DNA of 64,000 bases from an uncultured Gemmatimonadales bacterium (GCA_963708135.1 OY970192.1:2560001-2624000); one strand, 5' to 3'. Numbered from the stretch's first letter, positions 29,856-42,115 are shown. The notes: generated by a model not told the origin, from the sequence alone. A program made the numbers and translations.

Positions 29856-30674
29856 ATGGATCCACGCCCTCTTCTGGACACCGCGGTGGCCGCCGCGCGC
29901 GCGGCGGCCACCGTGCATCGCAGCCACTTCGGCCGCGTCCCAGCGCGGGACTGGACGGAGAAAGGCATCTCGGACTACGTCACCTTCGTGGACCGGGAGG
30001 CGGAGGCGGTCATCCTGGGAAGGATCCGGGCGGCCTTTCCGCAGCATGCCATCCTCGCCGAGGAGTCGGCCGCCGCCCTGGAGGCGCCGGAGAGGGCCGA
30101 GTGGCTGTGGATCGTGGATCCGCTGGACGGCACGACCAACTACCTCCACGGCTACCCAATGTACAGCGTCTCCGTGGCCGTGGCGCACCGGGGCGAGCTC
30201 GTGGCGGGCGTCGTCCTGTCCAGCGCCAGCGGCGAGGAATGGACCGCCGTGCGCGGGGGCGGCGCCAGCAAGGACGGCCGGCCGGTGCACGTCTCGACGC
30301 TCGAGCGCCTGCGGGGCGCCCTCGTCGGCACCGGCTTCCCCTTCAAGGCGCCCGACCGCATCCGGCTGTACGTCCGGCAGTTCGAGGCGGTGCTCCGGAC
30401 GGCGTCCGACCTGCGCCGAGGCGGCTCCGCGGCGCTCGACCTGTGCCACCTGGCCAGCGGCTATCTGGACGTGTTCTGGGAGCTCGTCCTGGCGCCATGG
30501 GACATTGCGGCCGGCACGCTGCTCGTGCGCGAGGCCGGCGGCCTGGTGACCAATCTCGCGGGAGACCCGGGTGTGCTGGGCGGCGGTGCCATCCTGGCCG
30601 GCAACGCCGCGCTGCACGCAGAGCTCGGCGCGCTGCTCCGCGAGCTCGAAACCCGGTCCGTCGGCCCGGGGTAG
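29856..30674 (+). CDS. suhB: Inositol monophosphatase family protein
   Basis: WIVDPLDGTTNY, RRGGSAALDL, WDIAAG. Confidence 0.92.
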   Translation: MDPRPLLDTAVAAARAAATVHRSHFGRVPARDWTEKGISDYVTFVDREAEAVILGRIRAAFPQHAILAEESAAALEAPERAEWLWIVDPLDGTTNYLHGYPMYSVSVAVAHRGELVAGVVLSSASGEEWTAVRGGGASKDGRPVHVSTLERLRGALVGTGFPFKAPDRIRLYVRQFEAVLRTASDLRRGGSAALDLCHLASGYLDVFWELVLAPWDIAAGTLLVREAGGLVTNLAGDPGVLGGGAILAGNAALHAELGALLRELETRSVGPG

Positions 30675-30687
30675 CAGGGCGCGGAGG

Positions 30688-32940
30688 ATGTCCCCGAGCG
30701 AAAGGGCGAGGAATCTGGTGAAGGGCTTGAAGACGCTCCTGACCGCGTTGCGCGGCCGGCCGCGCCTGCTGGGCGGCCTCGTGATCGGCGCGCTCGGCCT
30801 GCTCGGGCTGGGCGTGGGCGTGGCGTGGGGCAGCTGGGAGTCGGTGTGCCGCGACTGCCCCTCGATCGCGCAGATCTACACCTATCAGCCGAAGCAGGCC
30901 ACCCGCGTCCTCGACCACGACGGGAAGCTCATCGCCGAGCTCGGCCTGGAGCGCCGGACGCCAGTCTCGATCGCCGAGCTGCCGCCCTACGTGCCCAAGG
31001 CGTTCGTCGCCGTCGAGGACCGCCGCTTCTTCCACCATCACGGCTTCGACTGGATCCGCACGGCCAGTGCGCTGTTCGGCAACGTGGTGCACGGCCACAT
31101 CTTCAGCGGCTTCACCGGCGGAGGGAGCACCATCACGCAGCAGCTCGCGCGCAACATGTTCAAGCAGGACATCGGCTTCAAGCAGCGCTATACGCGGAAG
31201 CTGCGCGAGCTGAAGGTGGCCTTCGAGCTGGAGGACGTCTATTCCAAGAACCAGATCCTCGAGGCATACCTCAACCAGATCAACTTCGGCCACGGCTGGT
31301 GGGGCATCCAGACGGCCTCCGAGCGCTACTTCGGCAAGCCCGCCTCCGCCATGGACCCGGCCGAGGTGGCGCTGCTCGTCGCGCTGGCAAAGGGACCGGC
31401 CTACTACTCCCCCTTCCGGCACCCCGAGCGAGCGCTGGCCCGCCGGAATCTCGTCATCGGCGTCATGGCTGACCAGGGCGTGATCAGCGACGCTCAAGCC
31501 GCGAAGTACCGCCAGGAGCCGCTCCCGGACCACCCCTACGGCACGGATGAGGGCCAGCTCGCCCCCTACTTCGTGGAATGGGTCCGCGACCAGCTCGATG
31601 AGCGCTTCGGCTCCGACCTCTACAGCCGTGGCTTCCGCGTCTACACCACGCTCGACCTCGAGATGCAGAAGCGCGCCCAGGAAGCGATGCGCGACGGCTG
31701 GAAGCGGGTCGAGAAGGATCCCCGCTTCCACCATCCCACCTATGACAGCGTCATGGCGGAGAAGGACCGGAAGGAGCAGGGCGAGGCCTCCTATCTGCAG
31801 GGGATGTTCATCGCCCTGGATCCGGCCACGGGCGAGATCCGCTCGCTCATCGGCGGGCGCGACTTCACCGACTCGAAGTTCAACCGGGCCGTCCAGGCGC
31901 ACCGCCAGCCGGGGTCCTCCTTCAAGCCGATCCTCTACTCGGCCGCCATCGCCAGCGGCATCCCGGCCTCGCACGTGATCTACGACGCGCCGCTCATGCT
32001 CGACCAGGGCAACGGCCAGATCTACTCGCCCAGCAACTCCGATGGCGAGTTCCACGGGCCCATGACGCTGCGCGAGGCGCTGAAGCGCTCGATCAACGTC
32101 GTGGCGGTCAAGCTCGGGCTGGAGGTCGGCCTCGAGACGGTCGTGCAGTACGCGCACAGGATGGGCCTCACGACCCAGGTGCCCCCCTACCCCTCCATTG
32201 CCATCGGCTCGGCCGACGTGGTGCCGCTCCAGATGGCCGGCGTCTATACCGCCTTCGCCAACGGCGGCGTGCACGCCGAGCCGTTCGGAATCCTCAGGGT
32301 CGAGGATGCGGAGGGCAGGGTCCTCTGGCAGGAGCGCCCCGAGCGGCGCCCCGTGCTCGACTCCATGACCACCTACATCATCCGCGACATGATGCGTGGC
32401 GTCGTGGACCACGGGACCGGCTATGCGGTGCGCGACCCCGACCGCGGCAACCTTCCCTACAGCATCCCCGTGGCGGGCAAGACCGGCACCACGAACGACT
32501 ACACGGATGCCTGGTTCATCGGCACCACGCCCAACCTGCTAGCCGCCGTCTGGATGGGGTTCGACCGCCCGCAGACGATCTTCCACGGCGCGGAGGGCGG
32601 CGCGCTGTCCGGACCGGTCTGGGGACAGTTCGCGCGCTCCGTCTACTTCGGCTCCGGGGAGGACGAGCCACCGCTCCTGCCCAAGCCGACGGAGCAGGAC
32701 TGGCCAATGCCGGCCGGGCTCATCACCAGGCAGGTGGACAGCGAGACGGGCAAGCTCGCCACGCCGCTCTGCGCGGCCGACAGCGCCTATACCGAGATCT
32801 TCATACCGGGCACCGAGCCGACCGAGGGCTGCACCGGCCACGAGCCGGGGCTGTTCGGCGGGATGCTCGGGCTGCCCCTCGACTCGCTCCGTGATACCAC
32901 CCGCATCAAGCCGAAGGTCAACCCGAAGTTCAAGTTCTGA
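30688..32940 (+). CDS. Class A penicillin-binding protein (PBP1A family)
   Basis: Transglycosylase EDRRF and GGSTITQQLARN; transpeptidase SSFK, SIN, KTG. Confidence 0.95.
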   Translation: MSPSERARNLVKGLKTLLTALRGRPRLLGGLVIGALGLLGLGVGVAWGSWESVCRDCPSIAQIYTYQPKQATRVLDHDGKLIAELGLERRTPVSIAELPPYVPKAFVAVEDRRFFHHHGFDWIRTASALFGNVVHGHIFSGFTGGGSTITQQLARNMFKQDIGFKQRYTRKLRELKVAFELEDVYSKNQILEAYLNQINFGHGWWGIQTASERYFGKPASAMDPAEVALLVALAKGPAYYSPFRHPERALARRNLVIGVMADQGVISDAQAAKYRQEPLPDHPYGTDEGQLAPYFVEWVRDQLDERFGSDLYSRGFRVYTTLDLEMQKRAQEAMRDGWKRVEKDPRFHHPTYDSVMAEKDRKEQGEASYLQGMFIALDPATGEIRSLIGGRDFTDSKFNRAVQAHRQPGSSFKPILYSAAIASGIPASHVIYDAPLMLDQGNGQIYSPSNSDGEFHGPMTLREALKRSINVVAVKLGLEVGLETVVQYAHRMGLTTQVPPYPSIAIGSADVVPLQMAGVYTAFANGGVHAEPFGILRVEDAEGRVLWQERPERRPVLDSMTTYIIRDMMRGVVDHGTGYAVRDPDRGNLPYSIPVAGKTGTTNDYTDAWFIGTTPNLLAAVWMGFDRPQTIFHGAEGGALSGPVWGQFARSVYFGSGEDEPPLLPKPTEQDWPMPAGLITRQVDSETGKLATPLCAADSAYTEIFIPGTEPTEGCTGHEPGLFGGMLGLPLDSLRDTTRIKPKVNPKFKF

Positions 32941-34288
32941 GCTCCTCCACCCCCGCCGCGGTGATGCGGTGGGAGACGAGCGGCAGCGGCGCGGGGAGAC
33001 GATCCCCGGGCGCCACGATGTCCAGCGCCGCGAGCAGCGCCGCGGCGCCCGCGGCCGCATCCTCCTCGGTGCGCGCGTGCACCGTCGCCAGAGGCTCGCC
33101 GGCGGCGACCTCCACACCCGGCCGCGCGGTGATGTGGAAGCCCACGCCCGGGTCGATCGCCGCTTCGAGCGTGCGCCGCCCCGCGCCAAGCGCGACCGCG
33201 GCCTGCCCGACCGCCCTGGCGTCCACCCGCGCGACCACCCCCGCGCGTTCCGCGGTGACCACGCGCCGCACGGGCGCCTGCGGGAGCAGCGCGGGATCAT
33301 CGAGGACCGCCGGATTGCCCCCCTGCGCGGCGACGATCTCGCGCATCTTCTCGAGCGCACCTCCGTCCGCAAGCGCCGCCTCCGCCGTGGCCCGGGCCGC
33401 GGCCGCGGAGCCCGCCACACCGCCCAGCAGCAGCATCTCCGCGGCCTCGGCGAGCGTCGTCTCCAGCAGGTCCGGCGGCCCTTCCCCGCGCAGCGCGAAG
33501 ATCGCCTCCTCCGTTTCCAGAGCGTTCCCGACCGCGCGGCCGAGGGGACGGTCCATCGCGGTCACCAGCGCCACCACCTCCCGGCCGTAGCGCGTGCCGA
33601 TGTCGATCATGGTCCGGGCCAGCTCGATCACGCGCTCCAGGTCCGGCACGAACGCGCCGCCGCCGCGCTTCACGTCCAGCACCAGCGCATCGATCCCCTC
33701 CGCCAGCTTCTTGCTCATGATGCTCGAGGCGATCAGCGGGATCGATTCCACCGTGCCGGTCACGTCCCGGAGCGCGTAGAGACGACGGTCCAGCGGCGCG
33801 ATCTCGTCCGTCTGCCCGATCAGGGCGCAGCCGACGCGCTCGAGCTGCTCCCGGAACGCGCGCAGCGAGAGGTCCGTCCGGAAGCCCGGAATGCTCTCCA
33901 GCTTGTCGAGGGTGCCGCCCGTGTGGCCGAGTCCGCGCCCGCTCATCATCGGCACCACCACTCCGCACGCCGCCACGAGCGGCGCCAGCACGAGCGAGAC
34001 CTTGTCCCCCACGCCGCCGGTCGAGTGCTTGTCCACCTTCCGCCCGGGAACACCCGACAGGTCCACGACGGCGCCGGACCGCAGCATGACCTCCACCAGC
34101 GCCTCGAGCTCGGCGCCCCCGAGTCCGCGCAGGAAGATGGCCATCAGCAGCGCCGACATCTGGTAGTCGGGCAGCCGCCCCGCCTGGTACGCCTCGAAGA
34201 ACGCGCGTAGCTCCGCCGGCGCCAGCGCCGAGCCGTCCCGCTTCCGCTGGATGGTCAGGTAGGGGACGAACGACGTCGGCTCGCTCAC
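32930..34288 (-). CDS. pdp: Pyrimidine-nucleoside/thymidine phosphorylase
   Basis: DKHSTGGVGDK, SGRGLGHTGGTLDKLESIPG, SIMSKK. Confidence 0.94.
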   Translation of the reverse strand: MSEPTSFVPYLTIQRKRDGSALAPAELRAFFEAYQAGRLPDYQMSALLMAIFLRGLGGAELEALVEVMLRSGAVVDLSGVPGRKVDKHSTGGVGDKVSLVLAPLVAACGVVVPMMSGRGLGHTGGTLDKLESIPGFRTDLSLRAFREQLERVGCALIGQTDEIAPLDRRLYALRDVTGTVESIPLIASSIMSKKLAEGIDALVLDVKRGGGAFVPDLERVIELARTMIDIGTRYGREVVALVTAMDRPLGRAVGNALETEEAIFALRGEGPPDLLETTLAEAAEMLLLGGVAGSAAAARATAEAALADGGALEKMREIVAAQGGNPAVLDDPALLPQAPVRRVVTAERAGVVARVDARAVGQAAVALGAGRRTLEAAIDPGVGFHITARPGVEVAAGEPLATVHARTEEDAAAGAAALLAALDIVAPGDRLPAPLPLVSHRITAAGVEELRT

Positions 34289-34301
34289 CGAAGGTCCGCG
34301 T

Positions 34302-35834
34302 CTAGCCGTGGATGTGGAGGGGCGGGTCCTCGCCTCGCGCCGCGGCGCCCCAGGCATGGAAGAACTCGGCGAGCCAGTCGTAGATGCTGCGCATCGAGCC
34401 CTGCATGCGCCGCATCCGCTCCGCCCGCTCGCCGGCGGGCATCTCCAGGGCCGCGCGGATGCGCTCGGCCGTACCCTCGACGTCGTAAGGATTCAACTCA
34501 ATGCAGCCGTCCAGCTCCCGCACCGCGCCTGCGAAGCGCGACAGCAGCAGCACGCCCCGATGGTCAACCTGGCTGGCGACGAACTCCTTCGCCACGAGGT
34601 TCATGCCGTCCTGCAGCGAGCTGACCACGCAAACGTCCGCCGCGCGGTACAGGGCGGCCAGTCGATCCCGCGAGAGCGACTCCTTGAGCAGATGGATCGG
34701 ACGCCAGCCGCCCGTGCCGTACCGGTCGTTGATCTGCCAGACCAGCCGGTCCAGCTTCTCGTTCAGCCAGTCATACGCCTCGATGTCCGTGCGGCTCGGC
34801 ACCGCCACCTGCACGAACGTGAAGCGCTCGCGCAGCTCGGGGTGCTCGTCCCACAGGATCTCGAGCGCCTTCAGCTTCTCCTCCAGCCCCTTGGAGTAGT
34901 CCATGCGATCCACCCCGATGCCGAACTGCCCGCCGTCGCCCGCGTAGCGGGCTCGCACGCGTGCGAGCTGAGCCTGCGTGGCCCGGCCGCGGGCCACGGC
35001 CTCGCGCGCCTCCACGTCGATCGAAATCGGGAACGCCCGTACGAAGCAGGTGTGCCCGTCCAGACGCGCCGCGCGCCGCTCACGCTCGACCTCCGCCCCC
35101 ACGATCGCCTCGGCCGCTTCCAGGAAGTAATCGCCGTACGAGGTCAGATGGAAGCCGAGTAGATCGTTGGCGAGAAGCCCCCGCAGCAGATCCGGCGCCT
35201 GGGGCGCGATGCTGAAGATCTCGATCGGCGGCCAGGGGATGTGCCAGAAGTGGGCGAGCGTGAGGTCCGGCCGCTCGGCGCCGACGAACCCCGGCGCGAG
35301 CGCGAGGTGGTAGTCCTGGAACCATACCGCCGCGGCACCATCGGAGACCTCGTCGAGGACGGCCCGGGCGAAGCGGCGATTCACCTCGGCGTAGCGCTCC
35401 CAGTGACGGTGCCGGATGCGCGTCAGCGCCGGCCGGAAGTGGCAAAGCGGCCAGAGGAATTCGTTCGAGTAGCCGAGGTAGTAGTCGTGGATGTCGCGCT
35501 GGTCGAGCCACAGCCGACGTAGCGTGTAGTGTGGCGACTCCGGCGGAACGCCGATCCGGTCCGCCTCGTCCACCACGTCCGCGTCGGCGTCCCCGCTCCC
35601 CCACGCGATCCACACCCCGCCCACCGACTGCAGCACCGGATCCAGGGCGGAGGTCAGGCCGCCGGCCGGACGCTGGAACTCGATCTCGTCGCGCTCCTCT
35701 GCCCAGTAGTGCTCGTACGGCTCGCGGTTGCTGACCAGGACGAAGCGCTCGCGCGGGAACGCCTCCCGGAAGAGCGCGCCCATTTCCTCCCGGCCGTGCC
35801 GCTGGATGCGCGGGCTCGCCGCGCGCTCCGTCAC
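34302..35834 (-). CDS. otsA: Trehalose-6-phosphate synthase (GT20)
   Basis: VSNREP, AGGL, WFQDYHL, FWHIPWP, DRMDYSKG, DGMNLVAKEF. Confidence 0.93.
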   Translation of the reverse strand: MTERAASPRIQRHGREEMGALFREAFPRERFVLVSNREPYEHYWAEERDEIEFQRPAGGLTSALDPVLQSVGGVWIAWGSGDADADVVDEADRIGVPPESPHYTLRRLWLDQRDIHDYYLGYSNEFLWPLCHFRPALTRIRHRHWERYAEVNRRFARAVLDEVSDGAAAVWFQDYHLALAPGFVGAERPDLTLAHFWHIPWPPIEIFSIAPQAPDLLRGLLANDLLGFHLTSYGDYFLEAAEAIVGAEVERERRAARLDGHTCFVRAFPISIDVEAREAVARGRATQAQLARVRARYAGDGGQFGIGVDRMDYSKGLEEKLKALEILWDEHPELRERFTFVQVAVPSRTDIEAYDWLNEKLDRLVWQINDRYGTGGWRPIHLLKESLSRDRLAALYRAADVCVVSSLQDGMNLVAKEFVASQVDHRGVLLLSRFAGAVRELDGCIELNPYDVEGTAERIRAALEMPAGERAERMRRMQGSMRSIYDWLAEFFHAWGAAARGEDPPLHIHG

Positions 35835-36064
35835 AGCTTCAGCCGCCTCCGTCCAGCACGCACCGCCGAGCCCACGTCGTCCGTCAGCTCGTCCCAGCGG
35901 CCGGCCGCCTCCTCACGCGCGTCCGACGCCGCCTTCACCAGGCGACGGCGCGTTCGCTTGCCGCTCTGCGGCGCGAGCAGCAGGGCCGTGCCCGCTCCGA
36001 TCGCCGCGCCGACCAGCAGGCCGGTCAGGAAGCTCAGGCTTGCACTGCGGTCCTCGTAGTACAT
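35831..36064 (-). CDS. YtxH-domain (general stress) protein
   Basis: FLTGLLVGAAIGAGTALLLAPQSGKRTR. Confidence 0.9.
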   Translation of the reverse strand: MYYEDRSASLSFLTGLLVGAAIGAGTALLLAPQSGKRTRRRLVKAASDAREEAAGRWDELTDDVGSAVRAGRRRLKL

Positions 36065-36111
36065 TGGGCCACCCCGGTTTCACGGGTGCTATGAGGTTCG
36101 CCTGCGCGGGA

Positions 36112-36127
36112 CGCAACGCGTATGCCG
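36112..36127 (-). promoter_or_regulatory. Candidate sigma54 promoter of ytxH-otsA
   Basis: Minus strand CGGCATACGCGTTGCG = GGCA...TTGC with exact GG-N10-GC spacing. Confidence 0.6.
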
Positions 36128-36231
36128 CACGGCCGCGGCTCTCGGCCGCGGACTTCAAGCATAGGGCGCGGCCGCCGCCCCCGTCAAACCGGTCCGGCAT
36201 CGCTGCCGCGCCCGCGCGGCGGAACCGTGCG

Positions 36232-36247
36232 GGGCACGAGTCGTGCA
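36232..36247 (+). promoter_or_regulatory. Candidate sigma54 promoter of the diguanylate cyclase
   Basis: GGGCACGAGTCGTGCA = GGCACG...GC with exact GG-N10-GC spacing. Confidence 0.55.
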
Positions 36248-36352
36248 ATCGCAGCACGATAGCGGACCGGCCGCGGAGGCCCGTCCCGCAAACACCATCT
36301 CCGGCCGCGCCGCCCCCGGCCGCCCGGGAGGAAAGGTCGAGAACGAGCGCGC

Positions 36353-37327
36353 ATGAAGTCCGAGGCACGTCTCCAGGAGAATGGCAGGGAGCCGCGCATC
36401 CTCGTCGTCGATGACAATCCGGACAACGTGGAGATCATCGGGACGCGGCTGCGCTTTCGTGGCTACGACGTGGTCGAGTCGAGCCACGGCCAGGATGCCC
36501 TCGCCAAGGTCCGTCTCCACGCTCCCGACCTCATCCTTCTCAATGTCATGCTCCCCGACATCGACGGCTACGAGATCGCGCGCCGGCTCCGCAACAATGA
36601 CGACCTTCCCTACATCCCCATCATCCTGGTCACGGCGCGGGACTCCACCGAGGACAAGGTCGCCGGTCTCGATGCCGGCGCCGACGACTACCTGACCAAG
36701 CCGATCAACTTCCCCGAGCTCGAGGCGCGCGTTCGCTCAATGCTGCGCATCAAGCGGCTCCAGGACGAGCTGGAGGAGAAGAACCGCGAGCTCGAGCGGC
36801 TGAGCATCAGCGACGGGTTGACAGGACTCTACAACCACCGCCATATCCACGGCCTGTTGCACGAGGAGTGGGAGCGGGCCCAGCGGACCGGCGAGCGTCT
36901 GACGCTGGCGATGTTCGACCTGGACCACTTCAAGGCCGTGAATGACACCCACGGCCATCAGGCCGGCGACCGCGTGCTCCAGGGACTCGCCGACATCCTG
37001 CGCGAGACCGCGCGAGAGATCGACCGCCTGGGCCGTTACGGCGGCGAGGAGTTCATGGCCGTCCTTCCCGAAACCGGCATCGACAATGGCGAGGTCTTCG
37101 TCGAGCGGGTGCGCCGCGACGTGGCGCGACGCCCCTTCCGGGTGAACGGCCGCTCCATCCGCATGACGGTCTCGGCGGGCATCGCCACCTACCCGCACGC
37201 CGAGGTGGATACGCCCGGCGCGCTCGTGCGCTGCGCCGACCAGGCGCTCTACGCCGCGAAGGCGGGCGGCCGCAACCTCGTCGTCCGCTACGACAGACTC
37301 GAGAACGCAGAGACCATTCGCCCCTGA
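36353..37327 (+). CDS. REC-GGDEF diguanylate cyclase (phospho-acceptor Asp reads as Asn)
   Basis: LVVDD, DLILLNVMLP, YLTKP; DGLTGLYN, REID I-site, RYGGEEF. Confidence 0.93.
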   Translation: MKSEARLQENGREPRILVVDDNPDNVEIIGTRLRFRGYDVVESSHGQDALAKVRLHAPDLILLNVMLPDIDGYEIARRLRNNDDLPYIPIILVTARDSTEDKVAGLDAGADDYLTKPINFPELEARVRSMLRIKRLQDELEEKNRELERLSISDGLTGLYNHRHIHGLLHEEWERAQRTGERLTLAMFDLDHFKAVNDTHGHQAGDRVLQGLADILRETAREIDRLGRYGGEEFMAVLPETGIDNGEVFVERVRRDVARRPFRVNGRSIRMTVSAGIATYPHAEVDTPGALVRCADQALYAAKAGGRNLVVRYDRLENAETIRP

Positions 37328-39421
<2,094 letters not shown>

Positions 39422-39979
39422 ATGCGAAATCCCGGATCACAGACGCCCGAGCTCGCGCTCCCCGTGGCGTCCCTCGCGGCGCTGCGCGAGGCGCTTCTCG
39501 CCGAGATCGGAGCCAATGCTGCAGCGCGCGTGTTGCAGGCGGCTGGCCACGCCGCCGGCGACGCTCTCTTCGAGATCCTCGACGCCGGCGCGGGCGCGGC
39601 ACCGGACGGCGGCACCGGCGCTCTCGGTGAGGCCGCGTTCTGGCGCCGCCTCAACGACCTCTTCGCCACCCGCGGCTGGGGCCACCTCGAGCACGACGCG
39701 CTCCACCCCGGAGTCGGCGCCCTCGAGAGCGGCGACTGGGTGGAAGCCGAGGCCGCCGGCAGCGCCGGACGCCCGAGCTGCTTCTTCACCACCGGCATGC
39801 TGGCCCGGATCCTCGGGCGCACCGCCGGCGCCGATTTGGCCGTCCTCGAGGCGGAGTGCCGCGCGCGCGGCGACCTTCACTGCCGCTTCCTCTTCGGCGG
39901 TCCGGAGGCGCTCTCCGCGGTCTACGACGCGCTCTGCGCGGGTGAGGACGTCGATCGGTCGGTCGCGGACCTCGTGTAG
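39422..39979 (+). CDS. Stand-alone V4R-domain protein
   Basis: RGWG, PSCFFTTG, EAECRARGDLHCRF. Confidence 0.85.
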   Translation: MRNPGSQTPELALPVASLAALREALLAEIGANAAARVLQAAGHAAGDALFEILDAGAGAAPDGGTGALGEAAFWRRLNDLFATRGWGHLEHDALHPGVGALESGDWVEAEAAGSAGRPSCFFTTGMLARILGRTAGADLAVLEAECRARGDLHCRFLFGGPEALSAVYDALCAGEDVDRSVADLV

Positions 39980-40408
39980 GTGGCCCGCATCCTCGGTGTC
40001 GATTACGGTGAGCGCAGGATCGGTCTGGCCGTGAGCGACCCCACAGCCACCATCGCGCAGCCCCTGCCCACGCTGCTCCGGCGCCGTGGCAAGCGGCCGC
40101 CCGTCGCGGCGCTGGCGCGGATCGCCGCCGAACAGGAGGCCGTCGCGCTCGTCATTGGGCTGCCCCTCACCCCGGCAGGCGAGGAGAGCGACTGGACGCG
40201 CGAGGTCCGCGCCGTCGGCGACCGGCTCGCCGAGCGCACCGGCCTGCCCATCACCTTCGTCGACGAGCGCATGACCTCGGTCCGCGCCGAGCGGGCCGTG
40301 CGCTCGCTCGGCCTGCCGAAAGCAAGACGTGAGGAGAAGTCCCGCGTCGATACGGCCGCGGCGATCCTCATTCTGCAGGCCCATCTCAATGCGATCCCGC
40401 GGGGCTGA
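39980..40408 (+). CDS. ruvX: YqgF/RuvX nuclease
   Basis: ILGVDYGERRIGLAVSD, VIGLP, VDERMTS, DTAAAILILQ. Confidence 0.95.
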   Translation: MARILGVDYGERRIGLAVSDPTATIAQPLPTLLRRRGKRPPVAALARIAAEQEAVALVIGLPLTPAGEESDWTREVRAVGDRLAERTGLPITFVDERMTSVRAERAVRSLGLPKARREEKSRVDTAAAILILQAHLNAIPRG

Positions 40409-41477
40409 CGCAGGGGCGGGACAACTCCTGGGCACGGCCCCCGGGCGCGGCCGGGCGCCGCGCCTCCGCGCGGCCGTCGCCGCACGGGTGTGCCGCGGCG
40501 TGGCCGCGCTCGCCCTCCTGCTCGCCGCGGCCGGCTGCGGCGGCGCCGGGCGCGGCCCGGAGACGCGGGTCGTGGTGCCGGAGGGCGCGCCGTTCTCCAC
40601 CATCCGGGATTCCCTTGCCGCGCACCACATCGTCCGCTTTCCGCCGCTCTTCGGCCTGTACGCCCGCCTGAGCGGCGCGGCCTCTCGGGTCGAGGCCGGG
40701 ACGTACGCCTTCCGGCGCGATACGGGGTGGAAGCAGGTGCTGGACGACCTCGTCAACGGCCGCCGGCTCACGGATCGGCTGGTCGTCCCCGAGGCCTGGA
40801 CCACCGCGCGCCTGGCGCCGCGGCTCGCCAGCATCTCCGGCGTTCCCGCCGACTCGGTTCTGAAGATCCTGCGCGACACCACGAGCGCCCGCAGATACGC
40901 CGTGCCGGGCCCGACGCTGGAAGGATATCTCTACCCCGCCACGTACACGTGGCCGGTGGGCATGCCGCTGGATGCGATGATCGGACGGATGGTCCACGCG
41001 TTCCACCGGGCCTGGACGCCGGCCCGGCAGGCGGCCGCGGATTCGGCCGGGATGAGCGAGCGCGACGTGGTCACCCTCGCCTCCATTGTCGAGAGCGAGG
41101 CCAAGCACCCCGGCGAGATGCCGATCATCTCCGCCGTCTACCACAACCGCCTCCGGCTCGGCTACCCTCTCCAGGCCGATCCGACCGTGCAGTACGCGCT
41201 CGGCGGGCACCGCGACCGCCTGCTCTACGCGGCCATCGACAGCGCGGCGAAGAACCCGTACAACACGTACACGCACAAGGGCCTTCCCCCCGGCCCCATC
41301 GCCTCCCCTAGCGCCCGGGCGCTGGACGCCGCGCTCCACCCGGCCGCCGCCGACTTCCTCTACTTCGTGGCTCTTCCCGACGGGAGTCACGTGTTCACCC
41401 GCTCGCTGCGCCAGCACGAGATCGCCAAGGCGGCCGCACGAAAGGCGTGGCGGGCGGCGGCCGATTCCGGGCGGTGA
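40389..41477 (+). CDS. mltG: Endolytic transglycosylase MltG
   Basis: LEGYLYPATY, LASIVESEA, LQADPTVQY, PYNTY..GLPPGPI. Start uncertain. Confidence 0.93.
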   Translation: MRSRGADAGAGQLLGTAPGRGRAPRLRAAVAARVCRGVAALALLLAAAGCGGAGRGPETRVVVPEGAPFSTIRDSLAAHHIVRFPPLFGLYARLSGAASRVEAGTYAFRRDTGWKQVLDDLVNGRRLTDRLVVPEAWTTARLAPRLASISGVPADSVLKILRDTTSARRYAVPGPTLEGYLYPATYTWPVGMPLDAMIGRMVHAFHRAWTPARQAAADSAGMSERDVVTLASIVESEAKHPGEMPIISAVYHNRLRLGYPLQADPTVQYALGGHRDRLLYAAIDSAAKNPYNTYTHKGLPPGPIASPSARALDAALHPAAADFLYFVALPDGSHVFTRSLRQHEIAKAAARKAWRAAADSGR

Positions 41478-42109
41478 TGCTCGACCTCCGCCTGATCGTC
41501 ATCACCGATCCCGTCGCGGCGGGCACCCGCGGCATCCTGCGCGTCGCCGCCGAATGCCTCGAGGCCGGGGCTCCGGCCATCCAGCTCCGTCACAAGGGCG
41601 CCGGCGCCGGCGCGCTCCTCGAGCAGGCGCGTGCGCTGCGCGTGCTGACCCGCAGGCATGGCGCGCTGCTCTTCGTGAACGATCGCCTCGATGTCGCTCT
41701 CGCCGCGGCTGCGGACGGCCTCCACCTCGGGCCGGACGATCTGCCGGTCGCGGCCGCGCGCGCCGTCGCCCCGCCCGCCCTGCACCTCGGCTACTCGACC
41801 GACCGGCCGGAGGAGGCGCGCGCCGCGGAGAGCGCGGGCGCCGCCTATATCGGCTGTGGCGCGGTCTTCGGCACCACGTCGAAGGCGGATGTGGGGGAGG
41901 AGCGGATCGGTCCGGAGGGCGTGCGGCGTGTCGTGCAGGCGGTGCGCGCGCCGGTGATCGGCATCGGCGGCATTACGCCCGCGAACGTGGCGGAGGTGGC
42001 AGCCGCGGGTGCCGCCGGCGTCGCCGTGATCCGCGCCGTCATGGCCGCGACGCAGCCGGGCGAGGTCGTGGAAGCCCTGCTCGCCCCCTTCCCTCGGCGA
42101 GCGGGCTGA
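41477..42109 (+). CDS. thiE: Thiamine-phosphate synthase
   Basis: IQLRHK, VNDRLDVA, HLGPDD, TTSK, IGGI. Confidence 0.93.
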   Translation: MLDLRLIVITDPVAAGTRGILRVAAECLEAGAPAIQLRHKGAGAGALLEQARALRVLTRRHGALLFVNDRLDVALAAAADGLHLGPDDLPVAAARAVAPPALHLGYSTDRPEEARAAESAGAAYIGCGAVFGTTSKADVGEERIGPEGVRRVVQAVRAPVIGIGGITPANVAEVAAAGAAGVAVIRAVMAATQPGEVVEALLAPFPRRAG

Positions 42110-42115
42110 AGACGG

